Source: a bacterium
GTDB lineage: Bacteria > UBA8248
Assembly: GCA_965203325.1 (NCBI GenBank)
Contig: OZ241875.1
Span: 2,272,001-2,336,000 of the forward strand
Reading direction: 5' to 3'
DNA: 64,000 nt
Part shown: positions 9,633-18,129 of the stretch, one piece after another
Numbering within the stretch: the stretch's first letter is position 1
Layout: each line of letters starts with the position of its first letter
Translations under genes and position numbers: made by a program
The notes under the pieces: model-generated
Database searches by the model: none
What the model saw: only the letters and a program-made list of their open reading frames with translations
Told to the model about the DNA's origin: nothing

Positions 9633-10745
9633 TCACGCCTGCTCGATGGCGGAGAGGAACCACTGGTTCGGCCCCTCGGGCCGCGCCCACGTCCAGTGCT
9701 CGGCGAAACTCACGCGCTGCGTACGGCTGCCCTCGACCAGATCCCCGCTTCTCTCGTCCACCACGTAGTCGCATAGGCTCGCCTCGTAGCGCACGGTGAT
9801 GAATTCGAAGCCCTCCTCGCTCCAGGCCTCGACGATCTCTGCTTTCTGAACCTCCACGTCGTCGAGCTTGTTGATCTTTCCCTCGCTCTTGAGACCCTCG
9901 ACGTCGCGCTGGACTTCCCCGTAAATCTCCTTGTCCATCAGGTCGCGCACGGGGGAGAGATCACGCGCTGTCCAGGCTTTCTGGAAGCGGATGAAGTTCT
10001 CCTTCGCCAGACCGACGAAGGCCTGTTCCGAGAAAGATGCGTCGTTCTCACTCATACTCTTGAGCGCCGCATCGCTCGCCGAATCACGGCGCGGGCCTGC
10101 GCTATGGCCTCCCGCCGAGCGGGTTGCGCCGCCGGCGGCGCCGATGTCGGGGCCGCGATAGACGCCGCCCGACCTCTCGTGCCTGCCGGGCGCTTCGTAC
10201 CTCCCGCGCGGCTCCTCCTCGTAACCCCCCACACCGTAGGGGTCGGCCTCGGCGTAGCGGTCCCCCGAATAGCGGGGTTCCTGGTAGGAGGCGGAGGCGC
10301 GGTTGCGCATCATCCGGAAGACGAAGAAGATGACCCCGCCGATCAGGAGAATTTCCAGCAGACCGAAACCGCCTCCCATTCCCATGCCGCCCATTCCGCC
10401 GAAGAGCATGCGCCCCAGCATTCCGCCGAGCAAAAACCCGCCGATGCCAGCGAACAGGCCCGAGCCCAAACCACCGCCCAGGAACGAGGACCTCTGGAGC
10501 GGCCTTCGCGAGAAGCTGCGCGCCCCGGAGCGCGAGCCGAACGAGCGCCTCGAGAAGCCCCTGCGCCCGAAACTGCCGAACCCGCGCGAGCCTCGGAACC
10601 CGAAGGAGCGGAAGCCGCCGAAGCGCCTCGCCTCGGCGTCCTGGGTCACCAGAACCAGGCCGTCCGGGGTGCGCGCGGGCGCGCCGAGATGCGCGGGGGC
10701 CAGAAACAGAAATGTGAACAGTGCGGCGATGAGAATAGACTTCAT
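9633..10745 (-). CDS. Tim44-like domain protein
   Basis: Signal peptide, Gly/Arg/Phe-rich linker, Gly-rich TM region, C-terminal F...A...F...Q.AW...D, E.WT..R and W.LSAIEQ. Confidence 0.85.
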   Translation of the reverse strand: MKSILIAALFTFLFLAPAHLGAPARTPDGLVLVTQDAEARRFGGFRSFGFRGSRGFGSFGRRGFSRRSFGSRSGARSFSRRPLQRSSFLGGGLGSGLFAGIGGFLLGGMLGRMLFGGMGGMGMGGGFGLLEILLIGGVIFFVFRMMRNRASASYQEPRYSGDRYAEADPYGVGGYEEEPRGRYEAPGRHERSGGVYRGPDIGAAGGATRSAGGHSAGPRRDSASDAALKSMSENDASFSEQAFVGLAKENFIRFQKAWTARDLSPVRDLMDKEIYGEVQRDVEGLKSEGKINKLDDVEVQKAEIVEAWSEEGFEFITVRYEASLCDYVVDERSGDLVEGSRTQRVSFAEHWTWARPEGPNQWFLSAIEQA

Positions 10746-10908
10746 GCGATACCTCCGAATGCGGCCAGGCCCGAAAGACGAGCGTCTCTACTGCTCTGAT
10801 TATCCCAATATCGGGAGTCCAAGTCCATTGCGAGGCAGGGATGGCGGATGGCGTGCGCATCCAAGGGTCCGGCGGTTTCTGTACGCAGCCCCTGAATTCC
10901 CTCATTGC

Positions 10909-11209
10909 GGGGTTGTTGAATAAGCCGGTATACGGCCCCTACGAAGATCGCTCTTCACTAATGAGAATATCAAATCAACTCCCCCCTTGAGGGGGAGTCG
11001 AGGAAGCCGAGCGGTTTGTGCGAAGGCTGACTCGGTGGGGGGAGCTTTACTCTGTGGCATGTCCCCCCACCGATTCGGTTTCGGGTTGACACCCTCACCT
11101 CATCGTCTGGCTTTCCCCTCGGGAAGCCAGACCCTCAAGGGGGGAGTGTATCTTTCTTTTTCATCGGTCGCGTTAAATCCTCGTTTATCGGAGGTTATTC
11201 AACAGCCCC
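10909..11209. mobile_element. MITE-like element, family A, copy 2 (composite, 301 bp)
   Basis: Ends GGGGTTGTTGAATAA ... TTATTCAACAGCCCC; flanked by ATTGC/ATTAC (possible 5-bp target duplication with one mismatch). Confidence 0.65.
10978..11147. repeat. Inner inverted-repeat element, family B, nested in copy 2
   Basis: Perfect 16-bp terminal IRs ACTCCCCCCTTGAGGG ... CCCTCAAGGGGGGAGT; internal hairpins GGTGGGGGGA/TCCCCCCACC and TCTGGCTT/AAGCCAGA. Confidence 0.7.
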
Positions 11210-11230
11210 ATTACGCGCAGGCCTGCTCTC

Positions 11231-11330
11231 CTCATCCTGAGTAGGCGCGAATGCGCCGTATCGAAGGATGTCCCTCCTCGACCTCCATGATATGCGCCCT
11301 TCGATACGCGGCTTCGCCGCTACTCAGGGG
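11231..11330. repeat. Inverted pair of REP-like repeats
   Basis: CCTGAGTAGGCGCGAATGCGCCGTATCGAAGG (11236-11267) and its near reverse complement CCTTCGATACGCGGCTTCGCCGCTACTCAGG (11298-11328). Confidence 0.65.
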
Positions 11331-11582
11331 GAGGGGGAGGGAAAAGTTCGCGCCGGTCAAGATGAGGGCTACTCAGGATTTGGGTGGGGGATTAAATCGA
11401 CCCACTCGCCGGGCGAGGCCCCCGGCTCGCGGGAAGCGGAGGCCAGGGCGGCGAAAACTCCGCAAATCGTTGCCGGGGCATCCGCCCTCTGCTACCATCG
11501 GGGCGTCCCGCGAAACGTAATTCTTCGAACTTGTCCCGGGCCGTGAGGCGTCGGCCCCTGAACCTGAGGAAGCGCCGATTCC

Positions 11583-12782
11583 ATGAACGAACACAAAAAA
11601 ATGCCGCTCGAGGGCGTCCGGGTCATCGACATCGGGACCCTGTTCGCCGGCCCCTGGATAGCTACCTACATGGCGGATTTCGGCGCCGAGGTGATCAAGA
11701 TCGAGCACCCGCGCGGCGATTCCCTGAGAAACTTCGCCTCCCAGAAAGACGGCGTCTCGCTGTGGTGGAAACTCGCGAGCCGCAACAAGAAATCCATCAC
11801 CTGCAACATCTCCTCGCCCGAGGGCCAGGAGATCCTCCGCAAGCTGTGCGAGAGCGCGGACGTCCTGGTGGAGAACTTCCGCCCTGGCACGATGGAGAGG
11901 TGGGGCTTCTCCTGGGAGAGCCTCCACGCCCTGAACCCCAAGCTCATCCTCGCGCGGACGAGCGGCTTCGGGCAGAAGGGCCCCTACGCGCAAAGGCCCG
12001 GCTTCGGCACGCTGGCGGAAGCCATGAGCGGCTTCGCGCACATCACGGGCTTTCCCGACGGGCCGCCCACATTGCCGCCCTTCGCCCTGGCCGACGGCAT
12101 CAGCGCGCTTTGCGGCACCTACGCCGTGATGATGGCGCTCTACCACCGCGACGTGCACGACGCGCCGGGGCAGGAGATCGACATCGCCATCTACGAGCCC
12201 ATCACCATGGTGCTCGGCCCCCAGCCACTCGAATACGACCAGCTAGGCTACGTCCAGATGCGCACCGGAAACGCGATTCCCTTCGCCGCGCCCAGAAACG
12301 CCTACCGCTGCAAGGACGGGCGCTACGTCGTGATATCGGCGAGTGCGGAGAACATCTTCAAGCGCGTCATGCGCGCCGTGGGGCGCGAGGACCTGGGCGA
12401 TGACCCGAGAATGGTCACACAGGCGGGCCGGGTGGAGAACATGGCCGAACTCGATGGCGCCATCCAGGCGTGGATAGCCGAGCACACGCTCGATGAGACG
12501 ATTGCCCATTTCGAAAAACACGAATGCGCCCTGGGGCCCATCTACGACGTGGCCCAGTTCATGGCCGACCCCCACGTGCAGGCGCGCGAGACCATCACCA
12601 CCGTGGAGGATGAGGAATTAGGCCCCATCAAGATGCAAAACGTGATCCCGAGGCTGAAGGGCTCGCCGGGCACCATCCGCTGGGCGGGGCCTCCGATGGG
12701 CAAGCATACCGACGAGGTGCTGGAAGGAATCGGCTACGACGCCTCGGCCATTTCCTTGCTCAGGGACAAGGGCGTCATCTAG
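11583..12782 (+). CDS. CoA-transferase family III (CaiB/BaiF)
   Basis: PLEGVRVID, AGP, DFGAEVIKIE.P.GD, RNKKS, DVLVENFRPG, SGFGQ.GPY, G.HTDEVL. Confidence 0.93.
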   Translation: MNEHKKMPLEGVRVIDIGTLFAGPWIATYMADFGAEVIKIEHPRGDSLRNFASQKDGVSLWWKLASRNKKSITCNISSPEGQEILRKLCESADVLVENFRPGTMERWGFSWESLHALNPKLILARTSGFGQKGPYAQRPGFGTLAEAMSGFAHITGFPDGPPTLPPFALADGISALCGTYAVMMALYHRDVHDAPGQEIDIAIYEPITMVLGPQPLEYDQLGYVQMRTGNAIPFAAPRNAYRCKDGRYVVISASAENIFKRVMRAVGREDLGDDPRMVTQAGRVENMAELDGAIQAWIAEHTLDETIAHFEKHECALGPIYDVAQFMADPHVQARETITTVEDEELGPIKMQNVIPRLKGSPGTIRWAGPPMGKHTDEVLEGIGYDASAISLLRDKGVI

Positions 12783-12790
12783 CCTTCGCG

Positions 12791-13693
12791 ATGAGAGCGC
12801 CGCCCGAGCACTGCGTTTTCATCTTTCACGAAGGTTATTACGCCTACATCGGCCAGCACGTCCTGCAAGCCGAGAAATACCAGAAGACCCACGCCAGACT
12901 GAGAGAGGCAGGGCTGCCCGATAGCGCCTTTCTGGCGCCCTCCACCGCGACGGAAGAAGAACTGGCCCTCGTCCATACGCAGGAGTATCTGGCGGATCTG
13001 CGCTCGGGCGTGCACACAGCGCGCACGGCGCCGAGCGAGCTCCCCATCAGCAAGCAGATCGTGGACGCGAGCTTTCTCGCGACGGGCGGCACGATCCTCG
13101 CCGCGCGCGAGGCGCTCGCAAGGGGCCGCGCCGTCAACCTGACCGGGGGCTTCCACCACGCCTTCGCCGATCAGGCGGAAGGTTTTTGTTATATCAACGA
13201 TTTGGCGGTCGCCGTGCGCGTCCTCATGAAAGAGGGCTCCGTCGAAAGAGCCGCCGTGATCGACTGCGACCTGCACCAGGGAAACGGCACCGCCGTCATC
13301 TTCCGCCGCGAAGAGGCGGTGTTCACCTTTTCCATCCACCAGGAGAACATCTACCCGCAAAAGAAAAGAAGCGATTTGGACGTCGGCCTTTACGACCTCG
13401 CGACGGAAGACGAATACCTCCCGCATCTCGAAAAACACATCCCGAAGATTCTCGATGAGCACAGGCCCGACCTGGTGATGTACCAGGCGGGGGCGGACCC
13501 GTATTCGGGGGATCAGCTCGGAACACTCAAGCTCTCGAAAGAGGGCTTGAGGCGGCGCGATGCGTACATGCTCACTGAGTGCCACGCGCGCGGGATTCCC
13601 GTGGCGGGCACCCTGGGAGGGGGATACGCCCTCAATCCTGCGGACACGGTGGACATCCACCTTCAGACGGCGACCTGTTTTTGGGAGGTCTGA
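12791..13693 (+). CDS. Histone deacetylase-family (Zn-dependent) amidohydrolase
   Basis: GGFHHA....EGFC, D.DLHQGNGT, YQAGAD...D.LG, GGGY. Confidence 0.92.
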   Translation: MRAPPEHCVFIFHEGYYAYIGQHVLQAEKYQKTHARLREAGLPDSAFLAPSTATEEELALVHTQEYLADLRSGVHTARTAPSELPISKQIVDASFLATGGTILAAREALARGRAVNLTGGFHHAFADQAEGFCYINDLAVAVRVLMKEGSVERAAVIDCDLHQGNGTAVIFRREEAVFTFSIHQENIYPQKKRSDLDVGLYDLATEDEYLPHLEKHIPKILDEHRPDLVMYQAGADPYSGDQLGTLKLSKEGLRRRDAYMLTECHARGIPVAGTLGGGYALNPADTVDIHLQTATCFWEV

Positions 13694-13769
13694 TTTCTCG
13701 CTTCTCCCGAAGCGGGGGCTGTGTGTATACTCCCCTGAAATTCCGTGGCTCACCTGAACAAGGAAGCGA

Positions 13770-15077
13770 ATGACTACGTTCCCGCAAAGCGGCCCCGCCA
13801 AAAAACCGAAATTCTACTACGGCTGGCTCATCGTCTGGCTCTCTTTCTTCACGCTGGGCTTCCACGTCGTCACGCGGTTTTCCTTCGGCATCTTCCAGGT
13901 TCCCCTGCTCGAGGAATTCGGCTGGAGCCGGGGTCTCCTGAGCGGGGCGTTCTCGCTCTCGATGGCCACCTACGCCTTGGGCGCGCCGTTCGCCGGCTCG
14001 CTACTTGAGAAAAAAGGCCCGCGCGCCATCATGCCGTGGGGTTCGGTGATACTGGGCCTCACGTTCATCTCGTGCTACTTCGTCTCCTCGCTCTGGCACC
14101 TCTACATCCTCTTCGGGCTCTTCGCCGGCTACGGCCTCTCGTTGAGCGGCTTCTCCACGCACAGCGCCATCATGCCCCGCTGGTTCGTGAAGAAAAGAGG
14201 CCGCGCCACGGGAATCGCGCTATCGGGCATCGGAATCGGCATCCTCGTCCTGGCGCCTCTCATCGAGCGCCTCATCGCGTCCGTCGGCTGGCGCTACACG
14301 TATGTGATCTTCGGCCTGATCATTCTGTGCGTCGTCTCTCCCGCGAGCTTTCTCCTGCTGCGCGACGTGCCGGAAGACGTCGGGCAGGGGCCGGACGGCG
14401 GCCCGCCGCGCACCCCCGAGGAGCTGACGAGAGCCGGCGTCGGCCACGGCGGCGAGGGCAAGGGCGTGTGGGAGGTCTTCTCGGCCGTGAGGCGCGACAT
14501 CCGGTTTTGGTGCCTCATCCTGATGGTCTTCGCCATCGGGCTCAACAACAACACCATCATGAGCCAGTTGCAGCTCTATCTCGTCGACGTGGGATACGGC
14601 ACCGCCCTTGCGGCCCTCATCTTCGGCTCCGTCGGCTTCATCCGGACGTTCGGCAGCATCGGCGGCGGATGGGTGGGCGACCTCATCGGGCGGGGGCGCG
14701 GCGTGGCGCTCGCGGCCGTGGTGGTGGCGGCGGGCCTGACGCTGCTCATCCTCATCCCCCATTTCGGCGGGGGCATCCTGCCGGGCTACGCCTTTGCACT
14801 CGTGTACGGAATCGGCATCGGCGCCATGAGCGCGTGCTATTCCGCCCTGGCGGGGGATTGCTTCGGGGGCCGCACATACGGCGTCATCATCGGCTTCATG
14901 GAGATCTGCTACGGGCTGGGAGGCGTCGTCGGCGCGCCATTCGCGGGGTTCATGTTCGATTACACGAAAAGCTACTTCATTCCCTTCCTGACGATCATCT
15001 TCTTCATGTTCGTCTCGTTAACCCTCGCGCTCTGGCTGCAGGCCTACATGAAAAAACACGGCCTCGAACCAAGGTAG
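13770..15077 (+). CDS. MFS transporter (oxalate/formate or monocarboxylate-like)
   Basis: About 12 TM segments; FYYGW.IV, EFGWSR, WF.K.RG.A.GI, GD.FG...YG motifs. Confidence 0.9.
   Translation: MTTFPQSGPAKKPKFYYGWLIVWLSFFTLGFHVVTRFSFGIFQVPLLEEFGWSRGLLSGAFSLSMATYALGAPFAGSLLEKKGPRAIMPWGSVILGLTFISCYFVSSLWHLYILFGLFAGYGLSLSGFSTHSAIMPRWFVKKRGRATGIALSGIGIGILVLAPLIERLIASVGWRYTYVIFGLIILCVVSPASFLLLRDVPEDVGQGPDGGPPRTPEELTRAGVGHGGEGKGVWEVFSAVRRDIRFWCLILMVFAIGLNNNTIMSQLQLYLVDVGYGTALAALIFGSVGFIRTFGSIGGGWVGDLIGRGRGVALAAVVVAAGLTLLILIPHFGGGILPGYAFALVYGIGIGAMSACYSALAGDCFGGRTYGVIIGFMEICYGLGGVVGAPFAGFMFDYTKSYFIPFLTIIFFMFVSLTLALWLQAYMKKHGLEPR
15022..15077 (+). repeat. Left copy of 56-bp direct repeat (attL-like; current MFS 3' end)
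   Basis: CCCTCGCGCTCTGGCTGCAGGCCTACATGAAAAAACACGGCCTCGAACCAAGGTAG matches 17119-17174 with 4 mismatches. Confidence 0.9.
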
Positions 15078-15153
15078 TAATTGCCATCTTTTGCTGGCCG
15101 TATCAGATATATTATTGCTTTGTCGCTATTCACTAATTCACAGCATATAAAAC

Positions 15154-15182
15154 TTGACATATATAATAACCTTATGTATACG
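15154..15182 (+). promoter_or_regulatory. Putative sigma70 promoter of the abiE operon
   Basis: TTGACA (15154-15159), 17-bp spacer, TATACG (15177-15182); the -10 box lies inside palindrome 1. Confidence 0.6.
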
Positions 15183-15208
15183 TCCTTAGGACGTATACAT
15201 AAGGTTAT
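15166..15208. promoter_or_regulatory. Perfect 43-bp palindrome 1 (candidate AbiEi operator)
   Basis: ATAACCTTATGTATACGTCCT-T-AGGACGTATACATAAGGTTAT; 21-bp arms fully complementary. Confidence 0.75.
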
Positions 15209-15261
15209 ATTTTATTTTCGAAAATGGCTTTTTTAGTTGCGGAGTGCCGTGACTTTAATAT

Positions 15262-15304
15262 ATTTAACATGATAAACGTCCTAAGGACGTTTATCATGTT
15301 AAAT
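15262..15304. promoter_or_regulatory. Perfect 43-bp palindrome 2 (candidate AbiEi operator)
   Basis: ATTTAACATGATAAACGTCCT-A-AGGACGTTTATCATGTTAAAT; 21-bp arms fully complementary. Confidence 0.75.
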
Positions 15305-15332
15305 TTTCTAATTCTATATAAGACATGAGATA

Positions 15333-16241
15333 ATGGCGGTATACTCTCCGGGAGCATATAAAGGAAAACCGACCCGAGCCACCAGCTACCTGGCAGGCTT
15401 GCTCGAAGAAAACGACAAGCCGGTTCTGACCCAGCTCGATTTTTTGCAAATCATTCGCCAAATGTACCGAGAATCACCCGACAAGAAACTATATCTGCGC
15501 CACGATACTCCTGGCCGGGCAGACTGCTTTCGTCTCAGGTCAAACTTGAATAGGCAAGGCGTAATCGGGCCCGATCGGGATTATGGCGCGCGCATCATCA
15601 GGGTGTTGGCCGTTTCGGACCTTCCGGCTGAAGGCATCGTCTGCCTCGTCGATCCGACATGCTACATTTCCCACCTCTCCGCTATGCAGCGGTGGGGACT
15701 CACCGACCGAAGACCGGATGCCCTGATGCTGACGCGCCCGGATCGCAAGACCGCCATGATCCACTTAAAAGCACACACGTCGAAAATTCTGGGAACAGGA
15801 GAAACCAATCTCTTCCCGCTGAAGATCGTCGGTCATCCCGCTCGTGTCCGAAGGCGGGCCGTCCACGTTCATGAAAGCAAAACCGCAGGGGCGTTTTTGA
15901 AGAACCGGGGGGATGGAGTGTCTCTCTCGACTATCGGACAAACTTTCCTCGACATGCTTCAAAGGCCCGATCTTTGCGGGGGGATGTCTCATGTTCTCGA
16001 TATTTGGGAAGAACACGCTAAAACCTATTTCAGCGAAATTGTCACATCGGTCGGGACCGCCAAAATCGGGATCGTCAAAAGCCGGGCCGGCTACATCCTT
16101 GAAGAACGGTTAGGGTTGCATCACCGCGAAATAGAGCGCTGGCAATCATGCGCTCAGCGCGGCGGTAGTCGCAAGCTCGATCCGGCCAAGGCCTTTGCGC
16201 CGACCTATTCAGAAAAATGGATGATTTCCCTCAATGCCTGA
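15333..16241 (+). CDS. Type IV toxin-antitoxin antitoxin, AbiEi family
   Basis: YISHLSAM..WGLT, T..D.L.RPDLCGG, RAGYILE and terminal W....N; overlaps the downstream toxin gene. Confidence 0.82.
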   Translation: MAVYSPGAYKGKPTRATSYLAGLLEENDKPVLTQLDFLQIIRQMYRESPDKKLYLRHDTPGRADCFRLRSNLNRQGVIGPDRDYGARIIRVLAVSDLPAEGIVCLVDPTCYISHLSAMQRWGLTDRRPDALMLTRPDRKTAMIHLKAHTSKILGTGETNLFPLKIVGHPARVRRRAVHVHESKTAGAFLKNRGDGVSLSTIGQTFLDMLQRPDLCGGMSHVLDIWEEHAKTYFSEIVTSVGTAKIGIVKSRAGYILEERLGLHHREIERWQSCAQRGGSRKLDPAKAFAPTYSEKWMISLNA

Positions 16242-17115
16242 ACCCAATCTTAAAATTGACGTTGCCAGGTGGGTCGAAAATGCGAAGGCCGACCCGGTCG
16301 CCTACCAGCAACGCCAGACGGTGGAAATAGTCCTCAACGCCATAGCGATGACGGTCCCCCTTAACGCAAAGATGTTCCTGAAAGGCGGCATTCTCATGGG
16401 TCTCGCCTATGACAGCCCAAGGCAAACGACCGACATCGATATGTCGACAAACCTTATGGCCCGAAGCGAAACCGCAGACAGGGTCAAAACGCTACTGGAT
16501 TCAGCTTTCCCTCGCGCGGCCGCAGCGCTGGGTTATGCCGACCTCGTCCTTAAAACTCACTCGGCAAAAAAGATGCCTAAGAAAACAATCTTTGAAACAG
16601 CGGATTTCCCCGCCCTAAAACTCAAAATCGCTTATGCGCGCCGAAGGACAAAACAAGAAATGAGGCTTTTGGAGGGCAAAGTTTCTGAGGTGATTGACCT
16701 AGATATTTCATTCAACGAAACCTTGCAACATATCCAAGTATTAGAACTAACCGGTGGACAGGAGCTGCAAGCTTATGGCCTCGTCGATCTCATCGCCGAA
16801 AAATATCGCGCTATGCTTCAACAAGTGCCACGAAGGCGTAACCGGCGACAAGATGTCTACGATCTCGATTTGCTGCTTAGAATGCATCGGATCGATGACA
16901 TTCTCCGCACGCAAATCCTGGATGTTTTCATTGCGAAATGCCGGTCGCGCCGTATAGAGCCGACACGTTCGTCCCTAGACGACCCCGAGGTCAAAACAAG
17001 GTCTCGCGCAGAGTGGCAAACGATGAAATTGGAGTTAGGCGAAGTGCCGGATTTTGAGCGCTGTTTCGCCCGCATCTCGGAATTTTATCGGAACCTGCCT
17101 TGGAAACCAGAATGA
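16234..17115 (+). CDS. Type IV toxin, AbiEii/AbiGii-family nucleotidyltransferase
   Basis: LKGG....L.Y.SPR.T.DID, AEKYRA and R.QD.YD nucleotidyltransferase motifs. Confidence 0.88.
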   Translation: MPEPNLKIDVARWVENAKADPVAYQQRQTVEIVLNAIAMTVPLNAKMFLKGGILMGLAYDSPRQTTDIDMSTNLMARSETADRVKTLLDSAFPRAAAALGYADLVLKTHSAKKMPKKTIFETADFPALKLKIAYARRRTKQEMRLLEGKVSEVIDLDISFNETLQHIQVLELTGGQELQAYGLVDLIAEKYRAMLQQVPRRRNRRQDVYDLDLLLRMHRIDDILRTQILDVFIAKCRSRRIEPTRSSLDDPEVKTRSRAEWQTMKLELGEVPDFERCFARISEFYRNLPWKPE

Positions 17116-17118
17116 TAG

Positions 17119-17174
17119 CCCTCGCGCACTGGCTGCAGGCCTACATGAAAAAACACGGCCTGGAGCCGAGGTAG
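17119..17174 (+). repeat. Right copy of 56-bp direct repeat (attR-like; displaced original MFS 3' end)
   Basis: Encodes the same ...GLEPR* end with G/C-ending codons CTG GAG CCG. Confidence 0.9.
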
Positions 17175-17180
17175 GGGCCG

Positions 17181-18050
17181 TTATTTCAGGTTTTCGAGAT
17201 ACCGCTTCACCTCGTAGCGTTCGGTGAGTTCGATAAACTTCTGCCGCATCGCCTCCTGCCTGTTGCGCTCGCCCATCTCCTTGGTGATTTTCTCCGCCAC
17301 TTCCGAGAAATCGAGTTGCTTGGCCCCCTCCTTCTTGGAGGTTTTCACGACGTGCCAGCCGTAGATGCTCTGCACGACACCACTGTGCGCGCCCGGATCG
17401 AGAGAAAACGCCGTCTGCTCGATTATCCCGGGCAGGCCCGTCCTCTTGCTGTGGCCCCGGCTCATCTCGCCCAGGCTCCCGCCGAGCGCGCGCTCGGGCG
17501 CCAGGGAATACTTCTTCGCCAGTTCGGCGAAATCCTCTCCCCCGGCGATCTTCGCCAGCAGATCCTTCGCCTCTTTCTCGGACGAGACCATGATGTGGGC
17601 CGCGGTGACCTTGCCCCCCTCCGTGTATTTCACCTTGTTGCGCTCATACTCCGCGCGAATATCGGACGCCTTGGGCCGCGCGCCCTCCTCGATCCTGCGG
17701 AGCGCCTCGCCGATCAATATCTCGCGCCGCGCGCGCTCGATCTGCATCTTCACCCGCTCGGTGCCCAGAAAATTACTCTCATCCGCATGCCGAAGCATGA
17801 GTCTGCGCTGAATGAGGGCTTCCAGGAACGCCGCCTTGTTCGCATCCGCCTGGGCCTGCATGTTGGCGGGCAACTGGTGGATGAAGGCGTTGAATGCCCC
17901 GAGCGTTATCGGCATTCCTCCGACGTGCGCGACGATGCTCTCCTCAGCCGCCTTCGAGCCGCTCTTGGGCGCGGCGAACGCTGAGACGCCGAGAGCGAGA
18001 AAGGCCGCAAGGGTGAGCGCTGCAATTTTTGTGACGTGTGGACGCGTCAT
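17181..18050 (-). CDS. PpiC/PrsA-type peptidyl-prolyl cis-trans isomerase
   Basis: Signal peptide; parvulin motifs A.HI.V, GEDFAELAKKYS, GGSLG, S.YGWHV.K. Confidence 0.88.
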   Translation of the reverse strand: MTRPHVTKIAALTLAAFLALGVSAFAAPKSGSKAAEESIVAHVGGMPITLGAFNAFIHQLPANMQAQADANKAAFLEALIQRRLMLRHADESNFLGTERVKMQIERARREILIGEALRRIEEGARPKASDIRAEYERNKVKYTEGGKVTAAHIMVSSEKEAKDLLAKIAGGEDFAELAKKYSLAPERALGGSLGEMSRGHSKRTGLPGIIEQTAFSLDPGAHSGVVQSIYGWHVVKTSKKEGAKQLDFSEVAEKITKEMGERNRQEAMRQKFIELTERYEVKRYLENLK

Positions 18051-18129
18051 GACGTGTCTCCTGAAAATATGGCAGGCAAATGAGGAAAGGGAGATCATAC
18101 AACAAATCGCTCGGGGCTGCCTTGCGCCC

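Larger units (their letters stand above)
15022..17174. mobile_element. Genomic islet carrying the AbiE toxin-antitoxin pair, integrated in the MFS gene 3' end
   Basis: Bounded by the 56-bp direct repeat; visibly more AT-rich than its flanks; contains only the promoter and two TA genes, no integrase. Confidence 0.8.

Noticed and set aside
10480..10640. Arg/Gly/Phe/Ser-rich repeat in the Tim44-like protein as a novel element
   Set aside because: Such low-complexity linkers after the signal peptide are usual in bacterial Tim44-domain proteins.
15166..15304. Palindromes as protelomerase/hairpin-telomere sites or assembly artefacts
   Set aside because: No telomere resolvase is nearby. Two distinct palindromes with a shared core over a TA promoter fit operators better, though read support should still be checked.
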